Source of the DNA: Anaerolineae bacterium
GTDB lineage: Bacteria; Chloroflexota; Anaerolineae; UBA1429
Direction: 5' to 3'
Assembly (NCBI GenBank): GCA_963675785.1
Contig: OY776562.1
Span: forward strand, 1,952,001-2,016,000
DNA length: 64,000 nucleotides
The stretch's first letter is position 1. Each line of letters begins with the position of its first letter. Made by a program: the position numbers and the translations under genes. The notes beneath the pieces were generated by a model. That model saw only the letters and a program-made list of their open reading frames with translations. It did no database searches and was not told the DNA's origin. Shown here piece by piece: positions 48,509 through 57,608 of this stretch.

Positions 48509-49504
48509 CTACTTGGCTTTTTCCTTGACCGGGAGCAGCAAATCGAACTGTATCTCTTTGTCGTCGAACTCGGGGTTTTGAAGGTCACTCCAGAAATTTA
48601 GATGCTCTTCGAGACAGAAATCCATGTCCTTTTCAAAAGGAGAGCAGCGCAGCGTCCCACAATCGGATGCGTAAAGCGGATTTTCAATCACCCAATCGTG
48701 CAGAAACTTCCACTGCTCAAAGTCGCCCATTTTGATCATATGAGCGGCATAAAGCCCGCCGGTGAAGCTACGCTTTACCAGCGGTTCCGGCACGTCCATA
48801 TCAGGGGGGATGGAAACCCACACTTGATACTTGAGAGAACCCTCGCCGATACCCGTCTGTCCGCAAGAACAATCGAAACCAAAGTGTCGGATATCGGGCT
48901 TGATTTTCAGCAAATCCCTTTCCAGCACAAACCGATTGATCATGTCTGCGGCTTTACCCTCACAGTTTTCTCCCGTTGCGCTGGCAGAGGCCACCGTCAT
49001 CGGCGGCAAATAGATGATTCTCACGTCGGTTAGCTTGTCCAACTTGGCCTTGGCACGGTTCAAATCTTCCATTGACTTTTTCTCCTTGAAATTGATCTTT
49101 GAGACCGTCAGGGAGTCCACAACTTCCAACAGCTGCTCATCATCAAGTAACGCAACTCTTGTGCCATTGAGATTTAGCTTTTCGATAAAGGATTGAAGAA
49201 TGCTCCGAATCGTGGATAACGCGGTTATTTCATCCTCTATCTCGTCAAGATTGCGCTCAAACGTCTCAATGACTTTCTCCATGTCGCTGTCTTCCAATAT
49301 CTCTGCAATCTGTCCAAGAGGTATACGGAGTTTTCGCAGGATAAGGATTTGTCTAAGCCGCAAAAGGGTATCTGCCTCATATGTGCGGTAGGCAAAATCC
49401 TCTTTCTTCACCGACGCAATCAGCCCAATTTGCTCATAATAGCGGAGTGTTCGGGTTGATATATTGAACAGCTTGGACACCTGACTGATGGTCTGTAATT
49501 CCAC
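48509..49504 (-). CDS. MerR family regulator with C-terminal GyrI-like effector domain
   Basis: TISQVSKLFNISTRTLRYYEQIGL; VRIIYLPPMTVAS...GGLYAAH. Confidence 0.92.
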   Translation of the reverse strand: MELQTISQVSKLFNISTRTLRYYEQIGLIASVKKEDFAYRTYEADTLLRLRQILILRKLRIPLGQIAEILEDSDMEKVIETFERNLDEIEDEITALSTIRSILQSFIEKLNLNGTRVALLDDEQLLEVVDSLTVSKINFKEKKSMEDLNRAKAKLDKLTDVRIIYLPPMTVASASATGENCEGKAADMINRFVLERDLLKIKPDIRHFGFDCSCGQTGIGEGSLKYQVWVSIPPDMDVPEPLVKRSFTGGLYAAHMIKMGDFEQWKFLHDWVIENPLYASDCGTLRCSPFEKDMDFCLEEHLNFWSDLQNPEFDDKEIQFDLLLPVKEKAK

Positions 49505-49525
49505 AACAACCCTCCTTTCAACTCA

Positions 49526-49556
49526 ACTATACAGGTTGACGCGACGTTCAAGTCAA
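49526..49556 (-). promoter_or_regulatory. MerR-type promoter (19-bp spacer containing a dyad)
   Basis: Minus strand TTGACT-TGAACGTCGCGTCAACCTG-TATAGT. Confidence 0.8.
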
Positions 49557-49715
49557 TAGAAAAATTCAGGAATAATTAAAACTGGTGTGTTCTCGCCTCA
49601 TCGGTAAACCAAAATTCTGCTTCCGATTTGTGCCTTTTCAAATACATGGGCAACAAAGATTTGGTTGTCATTACGCAACATAGCTGCATATATGTAAGGT
49701 ACCATATCTTGGAAT

Positions 49716-49750
49716 AAAAAAGAGCCCCTTCATACGAAAGGGCTCTTTTT
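49716..49750. terminator. Bidirectional terminator
   Basis: AAAAAAGAGCCCCTTC-ATAC-GAAAGGGCTCTTTTT. Confidence 0.75.
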
Positions 49751-50136
49751 CTAGGGAAATGGCGCAAACAAATTTCCCAGTCAGGCAAATTGTCGGCTAG
49801 TTGAGCAGCAAATTTTATTCCTTATCTTCATGTCATAGCTATACTATTCATTTTGCGATGTACCGGCTTCATGTTTCAGCAAGTAACCGTGTTCTTTCTT
49901 GATGAGCTTTTTTTATTTCCTCAATCACCACCAAATCCTCGTTTGGTATCACCAGTGCTTTTGAGCCGCAGCAAGACTGAGTTTCGCCATCGAGAAACTC
50001 AACTTTATAATACTGGGAAAATCATCCTTTCATAGATAAAGCCACCGTCACCCACACCTAGAAAAGTCCATTTTCAAATATTCCACGTGAGCAGATTCAA
50101 TCAATCGGAGGTACCGCCAAAGGAGGCAAATCCTAC

Positions 50137-50175
50137 AAAAAGGGGGCAAAAAAGACTATCTCTTTTGCCCCTTTT
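50137..50175. terminator. Bidirectional terminator
   Basis: AAAAAGGGGGCAAAA...TTTTGCCCCTTTT. Confidence 0.7.
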
Positions 50176-50205
50176 ATAAAGTTATGCTTCAAATAGAATT
50201 TTGCG

Positions 50206-50290
50206 CGCGAACGGTAGTGAGTCGCCAAGTGCGGGATCCAAGCGCTTGGCTACGGTCAAAATCTTGCCGTAGACGAGACTCACTCCCGCG
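50206..50290 (+). other. Three-way-junction structured element of unknown class
   Basis: Three complementary helices visible in the sequence (see findings). Confidence 0.5.
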
Positions 50291-50382
50291 AGGGATGCCA
50301 AATCAAGCCAGAGGGGGTTACTCTCTATCTAAACGATCAATTGGAATTGGTTAGCTTCATATAATGTCTGTCTTGAACAGTA

Positions 50383-50973
50383 CTACTTTAACTGTTTCCT
50401 TACGACAAGCCCTTTTTCAGTCTCTACAGATACATAAAAACCACTTTTTCTGTACATCTCAAAATGGCCACCAAAATCTGATGACTGATAACTGGATTCT
50501 TTGTAAGGGTATGCCTCTAAAAAGTCAAAGTCATCTTGGATCGCATCCTTACATACACGATCCAATAGCAGTGTGGCAATGCCTTTTCTTCTCATCTCCG
50601 GCGCAATCACAAAACAGAATATTGATTTCACCTTTATACTCGTGCCAGGTTCCTCTAAAGGCACATAATCCATAAATCTTTGCCAACTAGCGCACTCTAG
50701 GCAATCTGATTTCGTATTGGCGTTGCACCATCCCACAATCGTATCGTCATAATAAGCAAGATACCCTTGAATGTTATTGCCTCTGACATATTGTAGGGCG
50801 CACTCTCTTCTTTTTTCTGCTGTTGAAAAGTCTTTGCCCTCATAATCATCGTTACACCAACACACACAATAACATTTATGTTCATCCACATTGTTATCGT
50901 GTGGTGTAGTGTCAAAAAAATGCACGTAATCTTCTGCAAGGTCAGGCGTCAATTTACGTATTTCTATATCCAT
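50383..50973 (-). CDS. GNAT acetyltransferase
   Basis: CYCVCW, IVGWCNA, CFVIAPEMRRKGIA, LEAYP; start at MDIEIRKL. Confidence 0.9.
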   Translation of the reverse strand: MDIEIRKLTPDLAEDYVHFFDTTPHDNNVDEHKCYCVCWCNDDYEGKDFSTAEKRRECALQYVRGNNIQGYLAYYDDTIVGWCNANTKSDCLECASWQRFMDYVPLEEPGTSIKVKSIFCFVIAPEMRRKGIATLLLDRVCKDAIQDDFDFLEAYPYKESSYQSSDFGGHFEMYRKSGFYVSVETEKGLVVRKQLK

Positions 50974-51050
50974 TAGCTGCTTCCAACATATAGATTCTCT
51001 TCGTACCACGTCCCATACAAAATTCATTGTAACATAGCTTGAGATACAAA

Positions 51051-51093
51051 AAAAGACATACCCCCCCGCCCTTGGCGGAAAAAGTATGTCTTT
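51051..51093 (-). terminator. Terminator downstream of the second tRNA-Asp
   Basis: AAAGACATAC...GTATGTCTTT stem with A-tract on the + strand. Confidence 0.65.
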
Positions 51094-51094
51094 C

Positions 51095-51171
51095 TGGCGG
51101 AAGCGACGGGAGTTGAACCCGCGATCTTCGGCTTGACAGGCCGACATGTTAGACCACTACACCACGCCTCC
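51095..51171 (-). tRNA. tRNA-Asp(GTC), second identical copy
   Basis: Identical 77 nt to 22280-22356. Confidence 0.97.
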
Positions 51172-51287
51172 AATGTCTGCAATAATAGCATAGTGCCCCC
51201 CTTCTGGCAAATGACATACACGGCTCGCTTTTGCCAAGGCTGGCATGCATGATAGAATCCACCCAGAAGGAATCAGCAGGAGGCCAC

Positions 51288-53216
51288 ATGCCCACAACCA
51301 AACACCCCTCGCGCCTTGAACGCGTGCTGCTAGTCATCATCATGTTGGCAGCCCTGGGGTTGCGTATGGGCTGGCCCGGCAACAACAGCTTTTCTTTTGA
51401 CGAGGCCCGCATCAGCCAACTGGCGCTAGTGATGGCCCGTAACAGTGTGTTTGCCTGGGTGGGCATGCCCTCCTCCGCCGGGCTGCCCAACTTTCCGGCC
51501 ACCGTATGGCTGTTCAGTATCCCCTTTGCCATCAGCAGCAATCCGCTCTTTGCTACTCTGTGCGTAGGCCTGTTGAACGCCCTGGGCGTGCTGGCCCTGT
51601 GGTGGCTGGTACGAAAAAGCCTCTCGCCCACTGCCGGTTTGGTGGCCTCGGCCCTCATGGCCGCCTCGCCCTATTTGGTGTTCTACTCGCGCGGCATCTG
51701 GGCACAGGACCTTCTGGCGCCGCTGGCCATCTTTTGGGCCTGTGGCGTTGTAGTAGGTATTGCCGAGGGCAAAAACTGGGGGCTGGTGCTAGCCGTTTTT
51801 CTCACCGGATTCATCCCCCAGGTGCATTACGCCGGCATCGCTTTGCTGATACCCGCCATCTGGCTGTTTTTCCGTTTCAAGCTGTGGAAGCGCTGGCTGC
51901 CCCTGCTCATCGGCTTTGCGCTGGCCTGTGCCGCAGCAACGCCCTTTCTCTACACCATCTGGACCACGCCCGACCTGCGCACCAGCTTTTTCTCTCTGGG
52001 CGGGCAGGCTGCCATTTTCGATCTGACCGGCCTGAATCAACTCTTCCAGATGACCATTGGCCGCGGTTGGGAGGGGTTCTTGCTCGGCCAGGCCTGGGAT
52101 TGGTCCTCCCTGGTGGATTCGGGCCTCTGGGCCTCGTATGTCCTCATCGTCGCCCTTGCCGTTACTGGCCTGATCGGTTCAGTCATCCGCGCCTGGCAAA
52201 CCCGCCACGAACATTCGGCCGTGGCGGTACTGGCCAGCCTTACGCCAGTCTGGCTGCTCTCTGCGCCGCTTGTCTTTGCCTACCACAGCACGCCGGTTTA
52301 CCACCAGTATCAACTGGCAGCCCTGCCTGTCGTATTCGTCGCCTGTGCTTTTGCCATCGAATTGGTACAAAAGAAATGGCTCCGCTACACCTTGTTGGGG
52401 CTAGTCACCCTTTGTTTCAGTCTGCAAGTGGGTCTCTCTGCCTACAGCTTGAACATGGTCTCTCAGGAACTCACGCCTGGCGGTGTTGGCACCCCCCTAC
52501 TCTTTCCGCAGGCCGCCGCTGAGGCTTTGAAAGACGGTAGCGAGGTGGTCGTCCATGCCGCCGGTGATGACTCGGAATACTCGGGGGATGTGGCCGGTTT
52601 TGAGGTGTTGCTCTGGGATTATCCTCACCGCTTTGCGGATGGCCAATCGGTGCTCATCCTGCCCGAATCCGAGGATGCCCACCTCTTTTTCACCTTTGAG
52701 AGCCTGGCTGCCTATCAGCAAGCCCTAAATCTGGGGCTGGATAGTGAAATCACCACTTATCCTCGGCGAGCAGGTGAACCACCTTACGTGGCTATCTCCT
52801 ACAACGCCCTTTCTACAGAGGCCTACACTGCTGTAGAACCCGTAGCGCTGGCCAATGGCGCTGTGCTCCAGGGCTATCGGCTGGATCGTGTTGGTGAGCA
52901 GATGCGTATCACCACCATCTGGCACATCGAGGGTACTATAGCCGATGGCGATTATCACCAATTCCACCACCTCAAACTGGATTCAGCCGATAGCGAAACA
53001 ACCGAGATTCACGATGTAATCGTCTCTTCTCAGGCTTGGCAGCAGGGCGATACCGTCATCGTTTGGGCCGATTTTGCCGTACCCGAGGCCGATACATTTT
53101 ATGTCGACTTGGGCATGTACCTCTGGCCCGAACTCACCCGCAGCGATCGCCTGGACATGTCCGAAAATCCCAGCGCCCCCATCACACTCGGCCCACTGTC
53201 GCTCCCTGAGGAATAG
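51288..53216 (+). CDS. GT39/PMT-like (ArnT-like) membrane glycosyltransferase
   Basis: LALRM.....F..DEA motif; many TMs; extracellular C-terminal domain. Confidence 0.7.
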   Translation: MPTTKHPSRLERVLLVIIMLAALGLRMGWPGNNSFSFDEARISQLALVMARNSVFAWVGMPSSAGLPNFPATVWLFSIPFAISSNPLFATLCVGLLNALGVLALWWLVRKSLSPTAGLVASALMAASPYLVFYSRGIWAQDLLAPLAIFWACGVVVGIAEGKNWGLVLAVFLTGFIPQVHYAGIALLIPAIWLFFRFKLWKRWLPLLIGFALACAAATPFLYTIWTTPDLRTSFFSLGGQAAIFDLTGLNQLFQMTIGRGWEGFLLGQAWDWSSLVDSGLWASYVLIVALAVTGLIGSVIRAWQTRHEHSAVAVLASLTPVWLLSAPLVFAYHSTPVYHQYQLAALPVVFVACAFAIELVQKKWLRYTLLGLVTLCFSLQVGLSAYSLNMVSQELTPGGVGTPLLFPQAAAEALKDGSEVVVHAAGDDSEYSGDVAGFEVLLWDYPHRFADGQSVLILPESEDAHLFFTFESLAAYQQALNLGLDSEITTYPRRAGEPPYVAISYNALSTEAYTAVEPVALANGAVLQGYRLDRVGEQMRITTIWHIEGTIADGDYHQFHHLKLDSADSETTEIHDVIVSSQAWQQGDTVIVWADFAVPEADTFYVDLGMYLWPELTRSDRLDMSENPSAPITLGPLSLPEE

Positions 53217-53252
53217 AAAAACGGGGCCAGAGATTACTCTGGCCCCGTTTTT
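53217..53252. terminator. Bidirectional terminator
   Basis: AAAAACGGGGCCAGAG-ATTA-CTCTGGCCCCGTTTTT. Confidence 0.88.
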
Positions 53253-53263
53253 ACATCCGTATC

Positions 53264-54307
53264 TCAGGCGATGCTGCACAAAGCCTTTTCGAGCTCGTCC
53301 GCAGCGCGAACCATATCCTCGCGCTCCACACCGTAATGCGTCACCGCGCGGAAAGTGCGCTCGTCGATGTCCATAATATGCACACCACGCTCATTCAAGC
53401 GAGCCACTACATCTGTAGCGCTGCATCCCTCGATTGTCAGCCCAAAACGCACCATATTGGTTTGCACCGTCGCCGGATCAATGGTCACGCCGGGCATGGC
53501 CAATACGCGCTCGGCCAAGTAGCAGGCATTGGCGTGATCGTCAGCCAGCCGCTCGACCATATTTTCGACAGCATATAGCGCCGCTGCCGCCAACACACCC
53601 GCCTGGCGCATACCGCCGCCCAACATCTTGCGGTTGCGAATGGCCTCATCGACAAAGGCCTGCGGGCCACAGACGATAGAGCCAACCGGTGCCGCCAGTC
53701 CTTTAGAGAAGCAAATCTGCACCGTATCCACCAGCGCGGTTAGCTCAGAGACCTGAACGCCCAGGGCAATAGCTGCATTGAAAATACGCGCACCATCGAG
53801 GTGAATCGGCAGGCCGTGCCGATCGGCCACCTCGCGAATGGCTGCCATCTGCTCAACCGAAAGCACCACACCGCCGCAACGGTTGTGGGTGTTCTCCAGG
53901 CAGATCAAAGAGGTACGCGGGAAATGCACATTCGGCACACGCACAGCGCGTTCTACTTCAACCGGGTCCATGGTGCCATCGGGCTGGTTCAACACGGTGT
54001 GTACATGCACACCGCCCAGCGCCGAAGAACCACCACCCTCATACCAGAACGTATGCGATTGACTGCCCATGATGGCCTCAGTACCGCGGCCGCAATGGGT
54101 CAGAATGGAGACCAGGTTGCCCATGGTGCCGCTGGGCACAAAAAGCGCCGCCTCTTTGCCGGTCAGTTCGGCCATACGCGCTTGTAGGCGGTTCATGGTG
54201 GGATCTTCGCCGTAAACGTCGTCGCCCACTTCGGCTTCATACATCGCGCGGCGCATCTCTGGAGAAGGTTTCGTTACCGTATCGCTGCGCAAATCAATAT
54301 CCAACAC
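53264..54307 (-). CDS. ltaE: Low-specificity L-threonine aldolase
   Basis: DLRSDTVT, ENTHN, HLDGARIFNA, CFSKGL, GGGMRQAG. Confidence 0.93.
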   Translation of the reverse strand: MLDIDLRSDTVTKPSPEMRRAMYEAEVGDDVYGEDPTMNRLQARMAELTGKEAALFVPSGTMGNLVSILTHCGRGTEAIMGSQSHTFWYEGGGSSALGGVHVHTVLNQPDGTMDPVEVERAVRVPNVHFPRTSLICLENTHNRCGGVVLSVEQMAAIREVADRHGLPIHLDGARIFNAAIALGVQVSELTALVDTVQICFSKGLAAPVGSIVCGPQAFVDEAIRNRKMLGGGMRQAGVLAAAALYAVENMVERLADDHANACYLAERVLAMPGVTIDPATVQTNMVRFGLTIEGCSATDVVARLNERGVHIMDIDERTFRAVTHYGVEREDMVRAADELEKALCSIA

Positions 54308-54435
54308 CGCGTCCTCCGATCTAAAACCAACGAAATGGCTGCCGCGCTGCAAGCCAAGCCAATAGTATCCCTGGTGTGATACGCCCGCAGCCAACATTCG
54401 TCAAATATCCGCCTGATGGGATGCGCTAACAGGAC

Positions 54436-55758
54436 CTATTCGCTGCGCGCATATCCAAGAAACAGCACATCATCAGCCTGTACGTTCACCACCAACCGTT
54501 CACCCATCTGATACCTGTCGGAGGTCCAAATACTCTTGAGAGCGTACCTTCGCCCCCCACCAAGGCCCAGCATCCGCCGAGAAAGCGCCAGCGTGAGCAG
54601 TTTGTCGCTACGGTTAAAGATACCAATCCAGCCGGCATCGTCCTGTACTTTATCGGGGGTCATCCACACTTCCCAACCGACCGAGCTGTAGGTTTGCCTC
54701 CCCATAATGCCATTTTGGTTGCAGGCCAACATATCCGCATTGGTAAGCAGGGCATAGTCCTCATCGGGCGTCTCGGGCAAATGGCCGCCCATCATCAATG
54801 GCGATGCCGCCAGTGCCCGTTGGGTCATCACCGTACGCTTTTGCGCTGGCGTTAATTCGGATTGTCGTGCTGAACCCAGGCCATAGAGCAGGCTGGCGTC
54901 TTCATGCTTGCCCTCTGGTTCAGTACGCCAAATGCTCAATTTACCCAAGGGGATGATATCCAGATCGGGCCAAAACCCCTCACATTGTATGCCCTGAAAG
55001 AGATACCAAGAATCGAACACCGGCCCGATGTACCTCGATTCATCCCACATATCATCGGTGATGCGCACCATTGTGCCGCGCTGGTAGGTCTCCAGATCGC
55101 GAAAACACATGCGCCCACCCGGCGAAAGGCTCAACACGATGGGCCGCTCGGCTTTATCGACAGCGTCGGCAATGGCGTTCAGCTCACGGGGGTGCGGCAC
55201 CAAGTCGTCCGCCTTGAGAAAATCGACGCCCCATTCGGCTAACAAAGCAATGACACTGTTGTAATAGGCCTGTGCGCCGGACCGATCCATGTCGACACCA
55301 TAGTTGTAACTGCACCAGCGGCAGGTGTTCTCCAGATCGGCGATATCGCGAGCGTGATAGGGTGTACCATAGATGGGCATATTCTCGGCCACCGCCCGAC
55401 GCGGAATGCCCCGCATGAGGTGAATGCCGAATTTGATGCCCAGCTCATGCGCACGAGCGATAATCGGCTCCAGGCCGTTGGGGAAGCTCACCCTGGCCGG
55501 TAAATAGCGGCCATAGCTATCGATGTGCGTTGGCACAACCTGGCCGTCAGCAGGAAATTCGTGGCCAGCCGTGACAGTATACTCACTATACCATCCAATA
55601 TCGAGGACAAAGTACTCATAGCCAAACGGTCTGAGCCTCTCGGCAAAGGCCTCCAAGTTCTCTAGCAATCTGCGCTCGTTGGCCACGGCCCCAAGGCAGT
55701 CATAACTGTTCCAGCCCAATGGCGGTGCACTTAGTACAGTCTTTAGCCCTTTTGGCAT
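54436..55758 (-). CDS. GH27 glycoside hydrolase (alpha-galactosidase-like)
   Basis: PPLGWNSYD, VLDIGWY, WGVDFLKADD, LSLSPG. Confidence 0.88.
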   Translation of the reverse strand: MPKGLKTVLSAPPLGWNSYDCLGAVANERRLLENLEAFAERLRPFGYEYFVLDIGWYSEYTVTAGHEFPADGQVVPTHIDSYGRYLPARVSFPNGLEPIIARAHELGIKFGIHLMRGIPRRAVAENMPIYGTPYHARDIADLENTCRWCSYNYGVDMDRSGAQAYYNSVIALLAEWGVDFLKADDLVPHPRELNAIADAVDKAERPIVLSLSPGGRMCFRDLETYQRGTMVRITDDMWDESRYIGPVFDSWYLFQGIQCEGFWPDLDIIPLGKLSIWRTEPEGKHEDASLLYGLGSARQSELTPAQKRTVMTQRALAASPLMMGGHLPETPDEDYALLTNADMLACNQNGIMGRQTYSSVGWEVWMTPDKVQDDAGWIGIFNRSDKLLTLALSRRMLGLGGGRRYALKSIWTSDRYQMGERLVVNVQADDVLFLGYARSE

Positions 55759-55952
55759 TGTTCGCTCCTGCATCTTGTTCAATGGCGCACCAAGATTCGT
55801 GGCGCATCTTTCGACAATAGGAATAGCCCGCCGCACGACACATGACAACCGCCAAAAATGTACCACACCAGAATTCGCCTATCTGTTTACATGGCTCTGC
55901 AGTGATTACTAAATCCTATTCCAGGCCATCAGCGGCAGTCAAGAAACTTGTT

Positions 55953-56864
55953 TTATTTCATGCGACGCAAGCGGAGAAGAACGCTTTCGAGGTCGGCAGG
56001 CAGCTCGCTTTTGAGGTCGATGCGCTCGCCTGTTATGGGATGTTCAAAAGCCAAGTGCCAGGCGTGCAAAAACTGTCGGCCAATGCCCAATCGATCCCGC
56101 TTGAAACCATACGTCGCATCGCCAGCCACGGGGAAATTGATCGAGGCAAAATGCACACGAATCTGGTGGGTTCGGCCCGTGAGCAAATCAGCCTCCACCA
56201 AACAGTATTCGCCGAGGTATTCGCGAACGCGGTATTCAGTGCGAGCCGGACGCCCCTCTGGAGAGACCTTCATTCGCTGGCGCTGCAACGGATCGCGCAT
56301 AATGGGGGCCTCGATGGCACCGCGCTCTGGTGAAATACCGCCGCAAAGCAACGCCAAATATTGTTTGACGACCCGCCTTGCCTTGAAAGCAGCGAGAAGC
56401 CCTTCCTGGGCCTCTCGCGTACAGGCCAACACCATCAAACCGGTGGTATCACGGTCGAGGCGGTGGACGATACCCGGCCGAGAGGGGTCTACGTCAGCAG
56501 CAATGGCCTCAGGGTGATAGGCCAGGAGCGCATCTACCACTGTAGGGCCGCGATAACCCGCCGCATCATGAACCACCAATCCGGCCTGCTTGTTGATGAC
56601 CAACAAGTGCTCATCTTCATAGCGAACATCGAGTGGTGGTGGCGGGGCGACAGATTCTTGTTCTTCTGGCGGGAAGGACACCTCAATCTCGTCATCGACG
56701 GACACTTCTGTCCGATTGGTAACTGCCTCGCCATTCAATGTCACAGCACCAGCCAAAATTAACCGCTGAACCTGAGAACGTGAATAGCCAGGGAGCACAT
56801 CCGCCAAATAACGATCCAAGCGCTGAGCCTTTTCAGTGGCGGTAATGCGCAGGGTTTCGGTCAT
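55953..56864 (-). CDS. rluD: RluA/RluD family pseudouridine synthase
   Basis: S4-like N-terminus; GIVHRLDRDTTG; TGRTHQIRVH; follows lspA. Confidence 0.88.
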   Translation of the reverse strand: MTETLRITATEKAQRLDRYLADVLPGYSRSQVQRLILAGAVTLNGEAVTNRTEVSVDDEIEVSFPPEEQESVAPPPPLDVRYEDEHLLVINKQAGLVVHDAAGYRGPTVVDALLAYHPEAIAADVDPSRPGIVHRLDRDTTGLMVLACTREAQEGLLAAFKARRVVKQYLALLCGGISPERGAIEAPIMRDPLQRQRMKVSPEGRPARTEYRVREYLGEYCLVEADLLTGRTHQIRVHFASINFPVAGDATYGFKRDRLGIGRQFLHAWHLAFEHPITGERIDLKSELPADLESVLLRLRRMK

Positions 56865-57412
56865 GCGTCCGATGATCCCAGATCATCGTGCGGCATAGTC
56901 TCATTCTCAGCTGCAACCTGTTTCGTTTCGTGCTCTTCCGGCGGCGCCAGAAAAAGGATATACACCGCCAAGAGTATGGTGCCAATGACAATGCTGCTAT
57001 CGGCCACGTTAAAGACGGGCCACCAGCGCAGATTGACAAAATCGGTCACAAAGCCGCGAGCGATGCGGTCGATAAGGTTGCCCGTAGAACCAGCCAGCAT
57101 AAGGCCCAATGAAATGACCATAATGGCGGGAATCTCTTTTTGCTGACGGAAAAAGACAACGATAAAGCCAACCACCACAACTGCCACAATTGCCAATACG
57201 ATGCTACCCCCCTGGAACAAGCCAAAAGCAGCGCCTGTATTCTGAACATAGGTCAGCGTAACAAAACGATCGAGCCAGGCGATGGGCATGTAATCAACGT
57301 ACGCTGTCAGATTGGCACGCACCAGAGATTTTGTGTATTGATCCAGTGTAATAATAACCAGGGCAATGACGACAAGCCAGATAGTGGCCTGAATTTTGCG
57401 TGACTTTGACAT
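56861..57412 (-). CDS. lspA: Lipoprotein signal peptidase II
   Basis: DQYTK, NTGAAFG, GNLIDR, VTDF, FNVADS. Confidence 0.96.
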   Translation of the reverse strand: MSKSRKIQATIWLVVIALVIITLDQYTKSLVRANLTAYVDYMPIAWLDRFVTLTYVQNTGAAFGLFQGGSIVLAIVAVVVVGFIVVFFRQQKEIPAIMVISLGLMLAGSTGNLIDRIARGFVTDFVNLRWWPVFNVADSSIVIGTILLAVYILFLAPPEEHETKQVAAENETMPHDDLGSSDA

Positions 57413-57608
57413 ATTCCTCCCCTAAGGTAGATACAACACGATCATTCTATGCCAAGCTTACAATGCGGGCAACCTATGCCACTCTTTGCCCCTGTGCAAA
57501 AGTGTGCTATTCTTCTGAGATAGTACAAAGGTGTAACTATGAGCGGGCGCACACGGCATATTCTGTCGAGCGCCCGTATTGTTCAGCTTCTTATGGACGG
57601 GGGAAGCG

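Noticed and set aside
50216-50284. Active hammerhead ribozyme
   Set aside because: It lacks CUGAUGA and has GAGAC instead of GAAAC; kept only as an unknown structure.
35939-51000. Integron/CALIN array, suggested by many small co-oriented GNAT/VOC/DUF genes
   Set aside because: No integrase and no repeated RYYYAAC...GTTRRRY attC hairpins. Only short look-alikes occur (50327-50356, 22037-22059), too short or wrongly ordered.
50974-51658. ORFs or ORF extensions overlapping the tRNA-Asp genes (MSACQAEDRGFNSRR..., ...HWRRGVVV; also 22123-22534)
   Set aside because: They are translations of tRNA sequence; the real GNAT start is 50973.
57540-57608. T-box leader upstream of aspS
   Set aside because: The leader is too short and has no T-box consensus; only a small hairpin is present.
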